From Oscillospiraceae bacterium (GTDB lineage Bacteria; Bacillota; Clostridia; Oscillospirales; Ruminococcaceae): DNA of 64,000 nucleotides. Numbering within the stretch: the first letter of the stretch is position 1; each line of letters begins with the position of its first letter. The translations under genes were made by a program, and so were the position numbers. A model generated the notes under the pieces. The model had not been told where the DNA came from, ran no database searches, and saw nothing but the letters and a program-made list of their open reading frames with translations. Location of the stretch: positions 82-64,081 of the forward strand of contig JAAYNJ010000004.1 of assembly GCA_012520915.1 (NCBI GenBank), written 5' to 3'. Of this stretch, positions 54,454-63,995 are shown in pieces.

Positions 54454-55356
54454 ATGGCGCTTTACAATAACATTCTCGATACGATTGGAAATACTCCTCT
54501 TGTAAAGATTAATAATATTTTCAAATCCGAAAAGATAGAAATTTATGCAAAAGTGGAGGGATTCAACCCTACGGGAAGTATTAAAGACAGGATAGCTTTA
54601 AAAATGGTGGAACAGGCGGAGGAAGACGGAAGCCTGACCCCCGGGAAAATAATCATGGAACCGACTTCGGGAAATACCGGAATCGGTCTTGCGATGATCG
54701 GCGCAATAAAGGGTTATAAAGTTCAGATTATAATGAGCGGCGCCGTTTCGGAAGAGAGACAGAAAATGATAAGGGCCTTCGGAGCCGAGGTCGTTTTAAC
54801 CGATCCGACGAAGGGAACCGATGGAGCAATAACCGAAGCGAGAAAAAGAAAAAGAGAAAACCCCGATAAATACTTCATGCCCGACCAGTTTACAAATAAA
54901 TACAACCAAATCGCGCACTATTCCACAACGGCGGAAGAAATCATAAGGGACACCGTCGGAACGGTGACGCACTATGTTTCCGCATTGGGAACTTCGGGGA
55001 CTCTCATGGGAATCGGCACGAGGCTAAAGGAATTAAATCCCTCTATCCAGATTGTATCCGCACATCCCGTAAGGGGACACTATATCCAGGGGCTTAAAAA
55101 TATGTCCGAAGCTATTGTCCCGAGCATCTATAATGAAGAACTCCTGGACAGAACAATTATGGTGGAGAGCGAAGACGCGTTCGAGATGGCGAGGAGAATA
55201 GTAAAGGAAGAGGGAATTTTTGTAGGAATGTCTTCCGGTGCGGCTCTGCTTGCTTCCGTGGAGCTTGCAAAAGAGCTTGAAAGCGGAGTTATAGTCTGTA
55301 TTTTCCCGGACAGAGGGGAGAAGTACCTGAGCACGGATCTCTTTAAACTCGATTGA
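54454..55356 (+). CDS. cysK: cysteine synthase (O-acetylserine sulfhydrylase), PLP-dependent
   Basis: IGNTPLV, the PLP lysine context NPTGSIKDR, and the TSGNTG loop. Start at ATG 54454 after GGAGGAG. Confidence 0.9.
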   Translation: MALYNNILDTIGNTPLVKINNIFKSEKIEIYAKVEGFNPTGSIKDRIALKMVEQAEEDGSLTPGKIIMEPTSGNTGIGLAMIGAIKGYKVQIIMSGAVSEERQKMIRAFGAEVVLTDPTKGTDGAITEARKRKRENPDKYFMPDQFTNKYNQIAHYSTTAEEIIRDTVGTVTHYVSALGTSGTLMGIGTRLKELNPSIQIVSAHPVRGHYIQGLKNMSEAIVPSIYNEELLDRTIMVESEDAFEMARRIVKEEGIFVGMSSGAALLASVELAKELESGVIVCIFPDRGEKYLSTDLFKLD

Positions 55357-55379
55357 CCTTGATATTTAATAAAATACAA

Positions 55380-55410
55380 AACGGCGGGATTTAACCCCGC
55401 CGTTATTATT
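55380..55410. terminator. bidirectional terminator between cysK and the DUF503 gene
   Basis: 9-bp stem AACGGCGGG / CCCGCCGTT with a 7-nt loop. Confidence 0.8.
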
Positions 55411-55422
55411 ATCCGTTAAGAT

Positions 55423-55719
55423 TTAAACGATAAAATCTTCAACATTAAGTTCGCCGCGATACTCTTCGATGATGTCCTTAATTTCGGAAACGAGCTTCTC
55501 CCGCATGTCTTCGGCATTGTTCATCGATATCGAAACATAGGCCAAAGAAAGTTCGAGAAATTTGAGGTTGTCCTGTGAACCCGTTTCCGCAACGGAAACA
55601 TTGTATCCCTTTCTCAACCTGTCGGTTATGCTCCTTTTAACCCTCCTCTTTTCTTTTAAGGAAAAGGAAAGGGGAAGATTTATTTTTATCTCCAAAATCA
55701 GCACGAATGAGTTTTTCAT
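55423..55719 (-). CDS. DUF503 (YlxP-like) protein
   Basis: LEIKINLPLSFSLKEKRRVKRSITDRLRKGYNVSVAE matches the DUF503 core. Start moved to the Met that gives a 98-aa product. Confidence 0.75.
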   Translation of the reverse strand: MKNSFVLILEIKINLPLSFSLKEKRRVKRSITDRLRKGYNVSVAETGSQDNLKFLELSLAYVSISMNNAEDMREKLVSEIKDIIEEYRGELNVEDFIV

Positions 55720-56038
55720 ATAAATACCGTTGCCACGGGACATAAGTCCGTATTTTGTCAAACTTGAAATAACGGTAATGTATTTTGACGGTAATTTCAA
55801 CTGACGAATACTTAAATTCATCCGGTTGCTAACTCAATGTCAGAAACAGAGCCGTCATTATTATCACGTCCTGCAGGAAATGAACAAGCCATGCCCAAAA
55901 GAATCCCTTGGTTTCGTGTATGCTTTTTGACATGAACCGGCCGAGAAATCCCGCCGCTATTACGCCCAGTATCCCTCCCGATACGCCTAAATAATGAACA
56001 CCTCCGAAGAAAATAAATGTTTCCTCAATTTTTCCAAT

Positions 56039-56069
56039 TAAAAAAGGGAGTCGAATATATTTCGACTCC
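56039..56069 (-). terminator. intrinsic terminator of the DUF2442 gene
   Basis: On the minus strand, GGAGTCGAA, 5-nt loop, TTCGACTCC, then CUUUUUU. Confidence 0.8.
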
Positions 56070-56088
56070 TAGCGATATTGATTTTTTA

Positions 56089-56346
56089 TTAATAGGCTTC
56101 TCCGAGCACCATTTTCATAATTTCGTCAAATCCGAGTTCCGCAACAACCATGTTGTTCTTGTACCAGCGAACGAAGTTCCCGTCTGTGTTGGCTGTTGAA
56201 AAGATATCGGGATTGGAGAGCACGCCGAACCGATAACAGAAAAATCTCGGTCTCATATCCAAAGTAACGGAATTTCCGGTGCAAAAGTCAACCTGTAAAA
56301 TTCCGTCTTCCTGTGATTTTACCGACAAAATCGGACCAGCCCTCAT
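56089..56346 (-). CDS. DUF2442-like small protein
   Basis: ILSVKSQEDGILQVDFCTGNSVTLDM...FVRWYKNNMVVAELGFDEI resembles DUF2442. Start at ATG 56346 after AGGAG. Confidence 0.6.
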   Translation of the reverse strand: MRAGPILSVKSQEDGILQVDFCTGNSVTLDMRPRFFCYRFGVLSNPDIFSTANTDGNFVRWYKNNMVVAELGFDEIMKMVLGEAY

Positions 56347-56486
56347 TCCTACTCTCCTCAACGGCAGACTTTTCATTTCCTGTATTATTTTAGCTTGTGA
56401 TTCAATTTTTTAAGTGTGAGCATTTGTCACTAATTTTAATTATTTTGTAATAAGAATGAAAATTTTTTAACATAAAACCGTCATAT

Positions 56487-56523
56487 AAAAAACAACCCGA
56501 TACATTTTTGTATCGGGTTGTTT
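56487..56523 (-). terminator. intrinsic terminator of the LAL/MalT-type regulator gene
   Basis: 13-bp stem AACAACCCGATAC / GTATCGGGTTGTT with a 6-nt loop, then UUUUUU on the minus strand. Confidence 0.85.
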
Positions 56524-56584
56524 ACTTAAATTTTCCTAATTAGCTTCGGGAAGAGCAACTTCCGATTAATAAAAACCGTTAAAT

Positions 56585-59116
56585 TCAGCTGTTTGTTTTT
56601 TGTCCCTTTAAAAGCTCTTCAAGTTCGAGTCTTTTATTCTTCTTGCTGCCGGAAATACCCATCTTGTCAAAAACACGTGAAAGATGGTTTCGAACGGTTC
56701 CTTCGGAAATATGAAGCTCCCTTGCAATTTCCGCGGAAGTCATTCTTTCTGCGGCCAGATTTGCGATTTCAACTTCTCTCTCCGAAAGTCCGTAGTCAAT
56801 CCGTTCTTCAAAATACTCGTTTAATATCTTCTCTTTCCCGGCCTGAACGATATCCGAAAGCTTCAAAATTTTATCGATATATTCCGTGTATTCCTTGTCC
56901 TTTTTCAGCTTCATGAGCTGTTTTGATATATAGCCTATGTTTCCGGCAAAGGACATTAAAATATTATCCGGCATTGCCATACTCAATGCGGTTCTAAGTT
57001 CTTCCATCGCGTCATCCGCTCTGCCGATTTTTTCATTAGCAGCGGCAAGCTGAATATGCAATATTATAATGCAGTGAACATAGTTGAAAATACCGTAGAG
57101 GTTAAGACATTCTTCCTTCCTCGCGATAAGCTGTATATATTCGCCTTTTGCCAAAAGAAATTGATTATAAAAGGTATTGAGCATGGGCAGGGCGGGGAAG
57201 GTTACAAGAGTGTCGGAAAGCCTGCCCTCCGACAACCAGGTCGATGTGTTTTCGGGATGTTCCAATACCGATGAGATGAACATCTGACAGATGTCAACAA
57301 CATTTAACAGGTCGTATTGATTTTCCCTGCGCAACATCTCTCTCAAGTTTTTCAAAATGTTTTCAATATTGTCATAGTTTCCGCGAAGCAGTTCCAACCG
57401 CATATTCAAAAATTCGATTGTCAGTATAATGCTTAACTGATTGTTCTTTTTTGCCGCAGACATTGCGGTTTTATTTAAAATATCGGCACTGACGAAATCT
57501 CCGCGCTCATAATTAAGCTCCGCGGCAAACACAAGTTCCGAACCGTTGCCGTGTCCGCTTGTAACGCGGTAATAATAGGGCATGCATTCCTTCATATCCT
57601 CATTTTCTTTGTCTGCAGAACCGACAGCCCTGTGGTACATCATAAAAACGGAAGGGGAGCCGAAGGTCCAGGAATCGCCAGAATCTACGCTGTATGTATC
57701 CCGGGTGAGGAGAGCGCAGGCTCTCCTGTGATACTCGCTCATTGCGGGAATGTCGTTAAAAGCGGTAAAACTCTCGGAAATCTCCGCATCGCCCAACAGA
57801 TTATTTTTTTCCTCTTCAGAAAGGGTGTCGTTTATCTCGAGGGATTTAAGAAGAAGAGACTTAAGACGATATAATTCTTCAATATTATTAAAGGTAAACA
57901 TCGTCAGCATGCATACCGCCAAAGCGCCGGGATGCCGCAACAATATTTCTTCCGCACAGTTTCCTATCCACGAGAAAAAGTCCTCGGCGTGTTCATAGTT
58001 TAAGCTTGAAGATCTGTCCTTTTCGATGCAGGCTAAAATCTTCTCATAATTCTCCGCCTCTGCATATGCATAATAGGCGTGGATATAATAATTATGTTCC
58101 ATATACCAGTCGCCTAAGCGCGTATAGCTGTTTTTTTGATACTCCTCGGGTTTTTGAGAGAATAAATGTCGCACACACTTTCCGAGCATATGATGGTAGC
58201 GGTAGAGACCGCCCGTCTTCGAAATAAATGCGTTGTTTTTTGAAAGAGAATTGAGGAGTTCATCGCTGTCGCCGTCGAATCCGCTTTCCGCCCACAGGTA
58301 GGCGGCCTGTTCTTTGGTGAACTCGACGGTGATTCCTATCAGAATTAAGAATTCTCTTTCCTCTTCGCTCAAAGGCTCCAGTAAAACTTCTTCTATCAGA
58401 CTGTAAATGTCGTTGGTGCTGGAAAGCCATTTTCCGTTTCTCTCATACGATTTAAAGTTGAGATAAACTATGGAAAACCAGCCCTCGCTTGAAACCGCCA
58501 ACTCATCGAGCTCTTCCTGAGATGCCTCTAACTTGCAAATATCTGCATAGTCGTTGAGCTCATCCGGATTTAATCTCAAATCGTAAACGGAAATCTCATA
58601 AAGCTGATGCCCGAGCTGCATTTTTTCCTTTTCGTTGAAAATCTGATTTCGCGATATAAGGACGATGTGAATATTGCTTGGCAAGCTCTTTGCGAAAAAC
58701 ATAATCATTGAGGTTGCGACACCCGGCGGCAGAACATGGATGTCGTCGAAAACAAAATAGATATCGCTATTAATCTTTGACAGAGTGGCAGATAGAATTT
58801 CAGAACAGTATGAAAGTGCCCGGGCATCTTTAGGATAACCGAGCGTTATAAGCTGTTCATATAGGTCGGGATATTCTATGAACATTTTGCAAAAACCGTT
58901 CCAAAAATCCGTGACGGAATCGGTTATTACAAGCTGTTTATAAAATAGGGAAGATTGATTGCTTTTTGTTCTTCGCGAAGACCACCATTTTATGGCGGTG
59001 GTTTTTCCATATCCCATCGGTGCAATCACCGTCGTGATAGGATAGTTGCCTATATTTGAAAGTCTGTCTTTCAGACGCGGAGTTACAAATATATCGTCAA
59101 ATCGGGAAAACTCCAT
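56585..59116 (-). CDS. large ATP-binding LuxR-family regulator (MalT/LAL, STAND-type)
   Basis: N-terminal P-loop APMGYGKTT, a long helical/TPR-like middle region, and a C-terminal LuxR HTH (LSEREVEIANLAAERMTSAEIARELHISEGTVRNHLSRVFDKMG). Start at ATG 59116 after AAAGGAG. Confidence 0.85.
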   Translation of the reverse strand: MEFSRFDDIFVTPRLKDRLSNIGNYPITTVIAPMGYGKTTAIKWWSSRRTKSNQSSLFYKQLVITDSVTDFWNGFCKMFIEYPDLYEQLITLGYPKDARALSYCSEILSATLSKINSDIYFVFDDIHVLPPGVATSMIMFFAKSLPSNIHIVLISRNQIFNEKEKMQLGHQLYEISVYDLRLNPDELNDYADICKLEASQEELDELAVSSEGWFSIVYLNFKSYERNGKWLSSTNDIYSLIEEVLLEPLSEEEREFLILIGITVEFTKEQAAYLWAESGFDGDSDELLNSLSKNNAFISKTGGLYRYHHMLGKCVRHLFSQKPEEYQKNSYTRLGDWYMEHNYYIHAYYAYAEAENYEKILACIEKDRSSSLNYEHAEDFFSWIGNCAEEILLRHPGALAVCMLTMFTFNNIEELYRLKSLLLKSLEINDTLSEEEKNNLLGDAEISESFTAFNDIPAMSEYHRRACALLTRDTYSVDSGDSWTFGSPSVFMMYHRAVGSADKENEDMKECMPYYYRVTSGHGNGSELVFAAELNYERGDFVSADILNKTAMSAAKKNNQLSIILTIEFLNMRLELLRGNYDNIENILKNLREMLRRENQYDLLNVVDICQMFISSVLEHPENTSTWLSEGRLSDTLVTFPALPMLNTFYNQFLLAKGEYIQLIARKEECLNLYGIFNYVHCIIILHIQLAAANEKIGRADDAMEELRTALSMAMPDNILMSFAGNIGYISKQLMKLKKDKEYTEYIDKILKLSDIVQAGKEKILNEYFEERIDYGLSEREVEIANLAAERMTSAEIARELHISEGTVRNHLSRVFDKMGISGSKKNKRLELEELLKGQKTNS

Positions 59117-59368
59117 ACTAAGCTCCTTTTGCCGATTAGAAAGAGCAATTTTAATCAAGTCTTTATTTAGACGAATTTAAAAATAAGGACTGTAATAAAC
59201 GATGAAAAATAATACTTATATACATTTGTCCACTATTATTTTACAACTACGGATATGCTAAAACAATATATTTTGACATTTTTTATACATTCCTGTCGTT
59301 TTTTTTGTGAAACTATTTAAATTCTTTTATCGGAATGCATTTTGTATATAGAAGACTTGAAGATTGAG

Positions 59369-59422
59369 TGTCAGTATCAGTACCAATCTCACTATCATTA
59401 TCAGTTCCATTATCATTATCAG
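59369..59422. repeat. nine tandem imperfect hexamers (consensus TATCAK)
   Basis: TGTCAG TATCAG TACCAA TCTCAC TATCAT TATCAG TTCCAT TATCAT TATCAG, followed by a T7 run. Lies in the 546-nt intergenic region between trpB and the LAL regulator. Confidence 0.7.
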
Positions 59423-59613
59423 GTTTTTTTGCTTTTTAAAATAACCGTTTGCTTTTATGTCGTCTTTTGTCGTCATATTGATATCTCATAAATTCGGTAT
59501 ATTGCCGAGTATTAAGAGGCATTTTGCATTATATCTTTTTCGCATTTTGTCGGAGTATATATTATTTTGTAATTCAAGTTATTAAATCATAAAACGCAAT
59601 TTAAAACGATTAT

Positions 59614-59663
59614 CAAAAACAAACAGCCGTCGCTATACTTTGAACGAAAAACGGCTGTTTGTT
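59614..59663 (-). terminator. intrinsic terminator of trpB
   Basis: 13-bp stem AACAAACAGCCGT / ACGGCTGTTTGTT with a 20-nt loop, then UUUUUGAU on the minus strand. Confidence 0.75.
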
Positions 59664-59704
59664 CTTTAGAGCAGGATTTCTGATGTTAATAATCAGGTTT
59701 TGGT

Positions 59705-60925
59705 CTATCTTATTCCGTATTTTTCAATGACATAGTCCATATCTTTATCGCCTCTGCCGGAGAGGTTGATAAGAATGGATCCCTTGCCCATTGCCTTGGC
59801 GAGTTTCATACCGTATGCAACGGCATGAGCGCTTTCGAGAGCCGGAATAATTCCTTCCATTCTGGACAATTCAAAGAATGCGTCGATTGTTTCCTCGTCT
59901 CCTATAACGTCATATTTTACCCTGCCGAGATCGTGCAGGAAAGCGTGTTCCGGTCCGCTGGAGGGATAATCCAATCCGGATGCCACGGAATAAACGGGAG
60001 CAGGCTCGCCTTTCTCGTCTTTAAGCATAATGCTGTTGAAGCCGTGCATAATCCCTTCTTCGCCGTATGTAAGACTTGCCGCGTGATCTCCCATCTTTGT
60101 ACCGATGCCTAGAGGCTCGATTCCGTAAATATCAACGGGATCGTTTAAAAATCCGGAGAATATGCCCATAGAATTTGAACCGCCTCCGACGCAGGCGACA
60201 ACAGCATCGGGAAGTTCGCCCGTCATGCTTATAAACTGTTCCCGCGCCTCAACCCCCACGACAGCCTGGAAATCGCGCACCATCAGGGGGAAGGGATGGG
60301 GACCGACAACGGAGCCTATGCAGTAAATTGTATCTTTATAATCCTTTACGTATGCCGCAAAAGCCGCGTCAACCGCCTCCTTCAGCGTGGCGAGACCGTC
60401 GGTAACCTCTACCACATTGGCGCCGAGAATTTTCATTCTCGCAACGTTGGGAGCCTGTTTTTTAATGTCAACCGAACCCATGTAAATATCGCATTCAAGA
60501 CCGAAGTATGCTGCGGCGGTCGCAAGGGCGACACCGTGCTGACCCGCGCCGGTTTCCGCTATGACCTTTTTCTTTCCCATAAACTTGGCAAGCAATACCT
60601 CACCCATGCAGTGATTGAGCTTGTGCGCGCCGGTATGGTTCAGGTCTTCGCGTTTTACATAGAGCTGAACGCCCGTGCCGATTTTATCCGAGAGCCTTTC
60701 AAGATGTGAGATAGGCGTCGGCCTGCCCTGAAATTCCGTACGGATTCTACGAAGTTCATTTATGAACTTTCTGGATTTGCAGATTGTATAATATGCATCG
60801 GCGATTTCGTCCATGGCGGTTTTGAGTTCGCGCGGAACATAGCATCCGCCGTATTTTCCGAAGTAGCCGTCTGAATCGGGATAGTTTTTAAAATAGGTTT
60901 TAAATTCAACATCTTTAAATTTCAT
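59705..60925 (-). CDS. trpB: tryptophan synthase beta chain, stand-alone (no trpA in the window)
   Basis: [13 protein letters not shown], the PLP lysine context [19 protein letters not shown], and GGGSN. GGAGG RBS. Confidence 0.9.
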   Translation of the reverse strand: MKFKDVEFKTYFKNYPDSDGYFGKYGGCYVPRELKTAMDEIADAYYTICKSRKFINELRRIRTEFQGRPTPISHLERLSDKIGTGVQLYVKREDLNHTGAHKLNHCMGEVLLAKFMGKKKVIAETGAGQHGVALATAAAYFGLECDIYMGSVDIKKQAPNVARMKILGANVVEVTDGLATLKEAVDAAFAAYVKDYKDTIYCIGSVVGPHPFPLMVRDFQAVVGVEAREQFISMTGELPDAVVACVGGGSNSMGIFSGFLNDPVDIYGIEPLGIGTKMGDHAASLTYGEEGIMHGFNSIMLKDEKGEPAPVYSVASGLDYPSSGPEHAFLHDLGRVKYDVIGDEETIDAFFELSRMEGIIPALESAHAVAYGMKLAKAMGKGSILINLSGRGDKDMDYVIEKYGIR

Positions 60926-60996
60926 TTTATTTCCTCCGATAGAAATAATTCAATTTGATTCTTTTATTTTATGCGACAAAGTTATTATTCCTGATT

Positions 60997-61032
60997 TCAG
61001 CGCGAGATGCGCCATCGTTTTGTTAAAAGCAT
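60997..61032 (-). CDS. candidate 11-codon leader ORF (MLLTKRWRISR) between the T-box terminator and trpB
   Basis: AGGAGG (61041-61046), 8 nt, then ATG. Contains a single Trp codon. No homology evidence. Confidence 0.25.
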   Translation of the reverse strand: MLLTKRWRISR

Positions 61033-61098
61033 ATTTTTGACCTCCTAAAACAGGAAAGCTTTGCGTTTCTATATTTTTCATGTCGAAGGGGTTTTATA

Positions 61099-61405
61099 TA
61101 AAACAAAAACGCCCCTGACGAAAAATAAACTTTTCCTCAAGGACGAATAGGTACGAATAAAATCGATACTATCCGCGGTGCCACCTTGTTTCACGGTATG
61201 ACCCGTGCGCTCGGCAGGATACCAACATATCCCGGACAACTGACGTATGCCCCCACGTTGCAGAATACTCCGGTAAATTCCCGTTTGACTGCACCCTCAG
61301 CGGTCCATTTGACAACTTGTTTCTTGCCTGTCTCTCAGCTTCGCAGGCTCTCTGTAAAGGCATCGTTGCCGTTATCTCCGCCTCAACGGTTTCGCGTATT
61401 TAATT
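61099..61405 (-). promoter_or_regulatory. T-box riboswitch leader, predicted tRNA-Trp specific
   Basis: On the minus strand I see four elements. (1) Stem I with AGAGAG...GCUGAGAGA distal elements. (2) Specifier-loop context CAAAUGGA-CCGCU, with UGG at 61305-61307 followed by a purine. (3) The T-box sequence AACAAGGUGGCACCGCGG (core 61174-61185). (4) A terminator, CGUCCUUGA / UCAGGGGCG plus UUUUUGUUUU (61099-61145). Confidence 0.8.
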
Positions 61406-61412
61406 TGTCAGT

Positions 61413-61441
61413 AATATAGCATTGTGTTTTGCGGTTGTCAA
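61413..61441 (-). promoter_or_regulatory. sigma-A type promoter of the T-box/trpB transcript
   Basis: On the minus strand, TTGACA (61436-61441), 17 nt, TATATT (61413-61418). Confidence 0.65.
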
Positions 61442-61514
61442 TAGATTTTCGCAAATTATTAAAAAGCCGTATACGGCAGGGGAGGAGTAATAAGCAGAAA
61501 TAATGCTAAAACAT

Positions 61515-63995
61515 TCACAAAGAGCATCCGTCAGATGTCTGCTCGGATTCCTTTTTTAGAAATTCTTCCAGCGCTTGCTGTGAAAGAGGTCTCGAGTAAT
61601 AGTAGCCCTGTATTTCGTCACAGTACAGGCTTTTAAGAAATTCCGCCTGTTCAATTGTTTCAACACCTTCGGCGGTAACGCTCGCATTAAAAGCTCTCGA
61701 AAGTATAATGGCAACTTCCGTTATAGGGGCGCTTCTTTCGTCAAGATCGATATAATCTATTATCGCCTTGTCTATTTTTAATCTGTCAAAGGGAACCAAT
61801 TTTAACCGGTTTAAAGACGAATAACCGCTTCCGAAATCATCTATTGCTATATAAACGCCCAATTCCTTTAAGTCGTGAAGCTTTTTAACTACATCAACGG
61901 GGTTTTTGGAAAACAGGCTTTCAGTGATTTCGAGCTCGATATATTCAGGCTTAACTCCGCTTTCCTTTATGACCTTTGTGATATCGGATATAAAATCTTC
62001 CGATTGAAACTGTACGACTGATAAATTTACTGAAACGCGAAGGGGTTTAAATCCTTTTGAAATAAGCCTGCTGTGCTCTTTAAGGGTTTGATCAAGCACC
62101 CATAGCCCTACATCATAAATCAATCCCGTCTTTTCAAGTATGGGGATAAATTTATCAGGCGGAATTCTCTTATTATCAACGGTTGTCCATCTGAGAAGCG
62201 CTTCGACTCCGACGGTTTTCCCGGTTTTACAGCTGATCTGAGGCTGAAATTCCAAAGAGAATTCATTGTTTTCCAACGCTCTGAAAAGCCTGTTTGTAAA
62301 GAGGGCGTTTTCCGCAATATCGCTTTCCAGTTTGTCCGTATAAAAAACAATCCTGCTGTTCGTGCCTTTCGCCTGATATCCGGCCAAATCTGCGTTTTTT
62401 AAAAGGGTATCGGCGTTTTTTCCGTCATGCGGATATACGGAAATGCCGATGCCTGCCACGACATATAGCGCCTCCACCCCGGTGCCCGGCAATATGGGAA
62501 CCGAGAAGGAATCGAGCAATCTCTTTGCGCACTCCTCAATCTGCTCACGGCTTTTTTCATTCGGCAGAACGACGGCAAACTTTGCTTCGCCTATTCTTGC
62601 GATATCGCAGCATTCTTCCAACTGACTGTTTAGAATTGTCGCCGACCTTATCACAACCTGTTCTCCGACGGCGTGACCGAAAGTGTCATTTATTACTCTG
62701 AGGTTGTCAAGCTCAATATTTAATACCGCTATTTCGGCGGATTTATTATCATTTATTCTTTGATTCAGCTTCTTTTTCAGCATATTCTTATTTGCCAATT
62801 TTGTAGCTTCATCAAAATATGCAAAATTATACAGTCTTTCTTCTGATAATGTCTTTTTCTTTGTGTCGCCCAATATGTTTGCAAGCATTTTTATGAAGTA
62901 TAAATGACCTTCCAAAGAGATCAGGTTACTCAGGTTGGAGTATTCGACAACTATCATTCCCCCTAATTTGTCGTCGATTGTTATCGGCAGCGCCAGAAAA
63001 GAGTTGATTTCTCTCGATATGAAAAAATCTCTTTGATTTTCATACTCATCAACGGGAATTTTTTTACTGTCTTCACATATTATAGGTGTATTATGATTTA
63101 TCAGAGGGTTGAGTATGGGAAAATCGGATGATTTAATCTTAATTCCGGGGTGAAAGTAAGACGATTTGATGCCTATACCGGTTCTAATACCAGTTCCCTG
63201 CAACGTATCTTTAGCATATATGTTCAGCATTGTCATATATTTATAATCAGCATCAAATTCGAATAAATATGCGTAATCGAATTTGAGAATCTCATGGGCG
63301 GCTTCGAACATTTCATCGATCTTCACTTTGGCGTTTTCGATGTCGACCGAAATAAAGCTGGAAGAAACTTTTTCAAGCACCTGTTGTTCTCTTGCAAACC
63401 TGCTGAAACCCTGTATTTTTGAATCATATTCTCGCGCAAGATAACGCACGGTAAAAAAGGTAAGTATGATGATAAAAAATCTCACTACATACTCGCCTGA
63501 GTTTAAGGATACGGAAACTTTCGGGCGGATTATCCAGAAAAAAATCTGAATAACCGCCATTAAAGCGGTAAAAACAAGAGCATGAGCCCTGCTGTCAAGT
63601 ATAACGGTAAACAGAAGAAATATTATGTATACCGACCAAACGGTCAACGCTCCTCTGTTGATACTTGAGAGCATAAATAATAATACTCCAAACGTACTTA
63701 CAACCATGAACAAGGTATTCTGAACCGTGTGATTTTTTGTAATAACCGGTATCAACCTGGTTAATAGACCTATAAACAGTAAGAACACAGCTATAAACAA
63801 CTCGTCGGTCAGAGACTTTTTAAGACCGACATGTCCTACTATAAAAGTCAGAACAGCTCCGACTATGTATGTGGCGGATGCCGTTTCAAAGGTACGCGTT
63901 CTGTCTCTGTTTTGCGTCTGTGAGATTTCTACAATAAAGGCAGATTTCTTCTCTTTTTCAAGAAGCAGTCCGAATCTTCTTGTAGCCAGATACAA
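61515..63995 (-). CDS. multi-TM / GAF-like / degenerate GGDEF / EAL protein (predicted c-di-GMP phosphodiesterase); the N-terminus may lie beyond the window
   Basis: The GGDEF site reads RIGEAKF (62577-62591), so it is degenerate. The EAL domain looks intact (VGVEALLRW, ELEITES, DDFGSGYSS). The frame is open to nt 64000, and the track start is only a TTG. Confidence 0.85.
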   Translation of the reverse strand: MYLATRRFGLLLEKEKKSAFIVEISQTQNRDRTRTFETASATYIVGAVLTFIVGHVGLKKSLTDELFIAVFLLFIGLLTRLIPVITKNHTVQNTLFMVVSTFGVLLFMLSSINRGALTVWSVYIIFLLFTVILDSRAHALVFTALMAVIQIFFWIIRPKVSVSLNSGEYVVRFFIIILTFFTVRYLAREYDSKIQGFSRFAREQQVLEKVSSSFISVDIENAKVKIDEMFEAAHEILKFDYAYLFEFDADYKYMTMLNIYAKDTLQGTGIRTGIGIKSSYFHPGIKIKSSDFPILNPLINHNTPIICEDSKKIPVDEYENQRDFFISREINSFLALPITIDDKLGGMIVVEYSNLSNLISLEGHLYFIKMLANILGDTKKKTLSEERLYNFAYFDEATKLANKNMLKKKLNQRINDNKSAEIAVLNIELDNLRVINDTFGHAVGEQVVIRSATILNSQLEECCDIARIGEAKFAVVLPNEKSREQIEECAKRLLDSFSVPILPGTGVEALYVVAGIGISVYPHDGKNADTLLKNADLAGYQAKGTNSRIVFYTDKLESDIAENALFTNRLFRALENNEFSLEFQPQISCKTGKTVGVEALLRWTTVDNKRIPPDKFIPILEKTGLIYDVGLWVLDQTLKEHSRLISKGFKPLRVSVNLSVVQFQSEDFISDITKVIKESGVKPEYIELEITESLFSKNPVDVVKKLHDLKELGVYIAIDDFGSGYSSLNRLKLVPFDRLKIDKAIIDYIDLDERSAPITEVAIILSRAFNASVTAEGVETIEQAEFLKSLYCDEIQGYYYSRPLSQQALEEFLKKESEQTSDGCSL

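Noticed and set aside
55829-56068. A start-less open frame on the minus strand: ...IGKIEETFIFFGGVHYLGVSGGILGVIAAGFLGRFMSKSIHETKGFFWAWLVHFLQDVIIMTALFLTLS*. It faintly resembles the C-terminal part of a CPBP/CAAX-type membrane protease.
   Set aside because: There is no ATG, GTG or TTG before the internal Met, which leaves a 34-aa tail. There is no RBS, and the frame begins inside the terminator of the upstream gene. It may be a gene remnant, but the motif resemblance is too weak to call.
60950-61080. A 43-aa ORF (MKNIETQSFPVLGGQKYAFNKTMAHLALKSGIITLSHKIKESN) in the trpB leader.
   Set aside because: There is no RBS upstream of its ATG, and it overlaps the better-supported SD-preceded 11-codon ORF in another frame. 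I recognise no motif in it.
61169-61419. Track ORFs 61169-61363 (-) and 61186-61419 (+).
   Set aside because: They coincide with the T-box leader RNA. The conserved T-box sequence, the specifier loop and the terminator explain this region better than a protein does.
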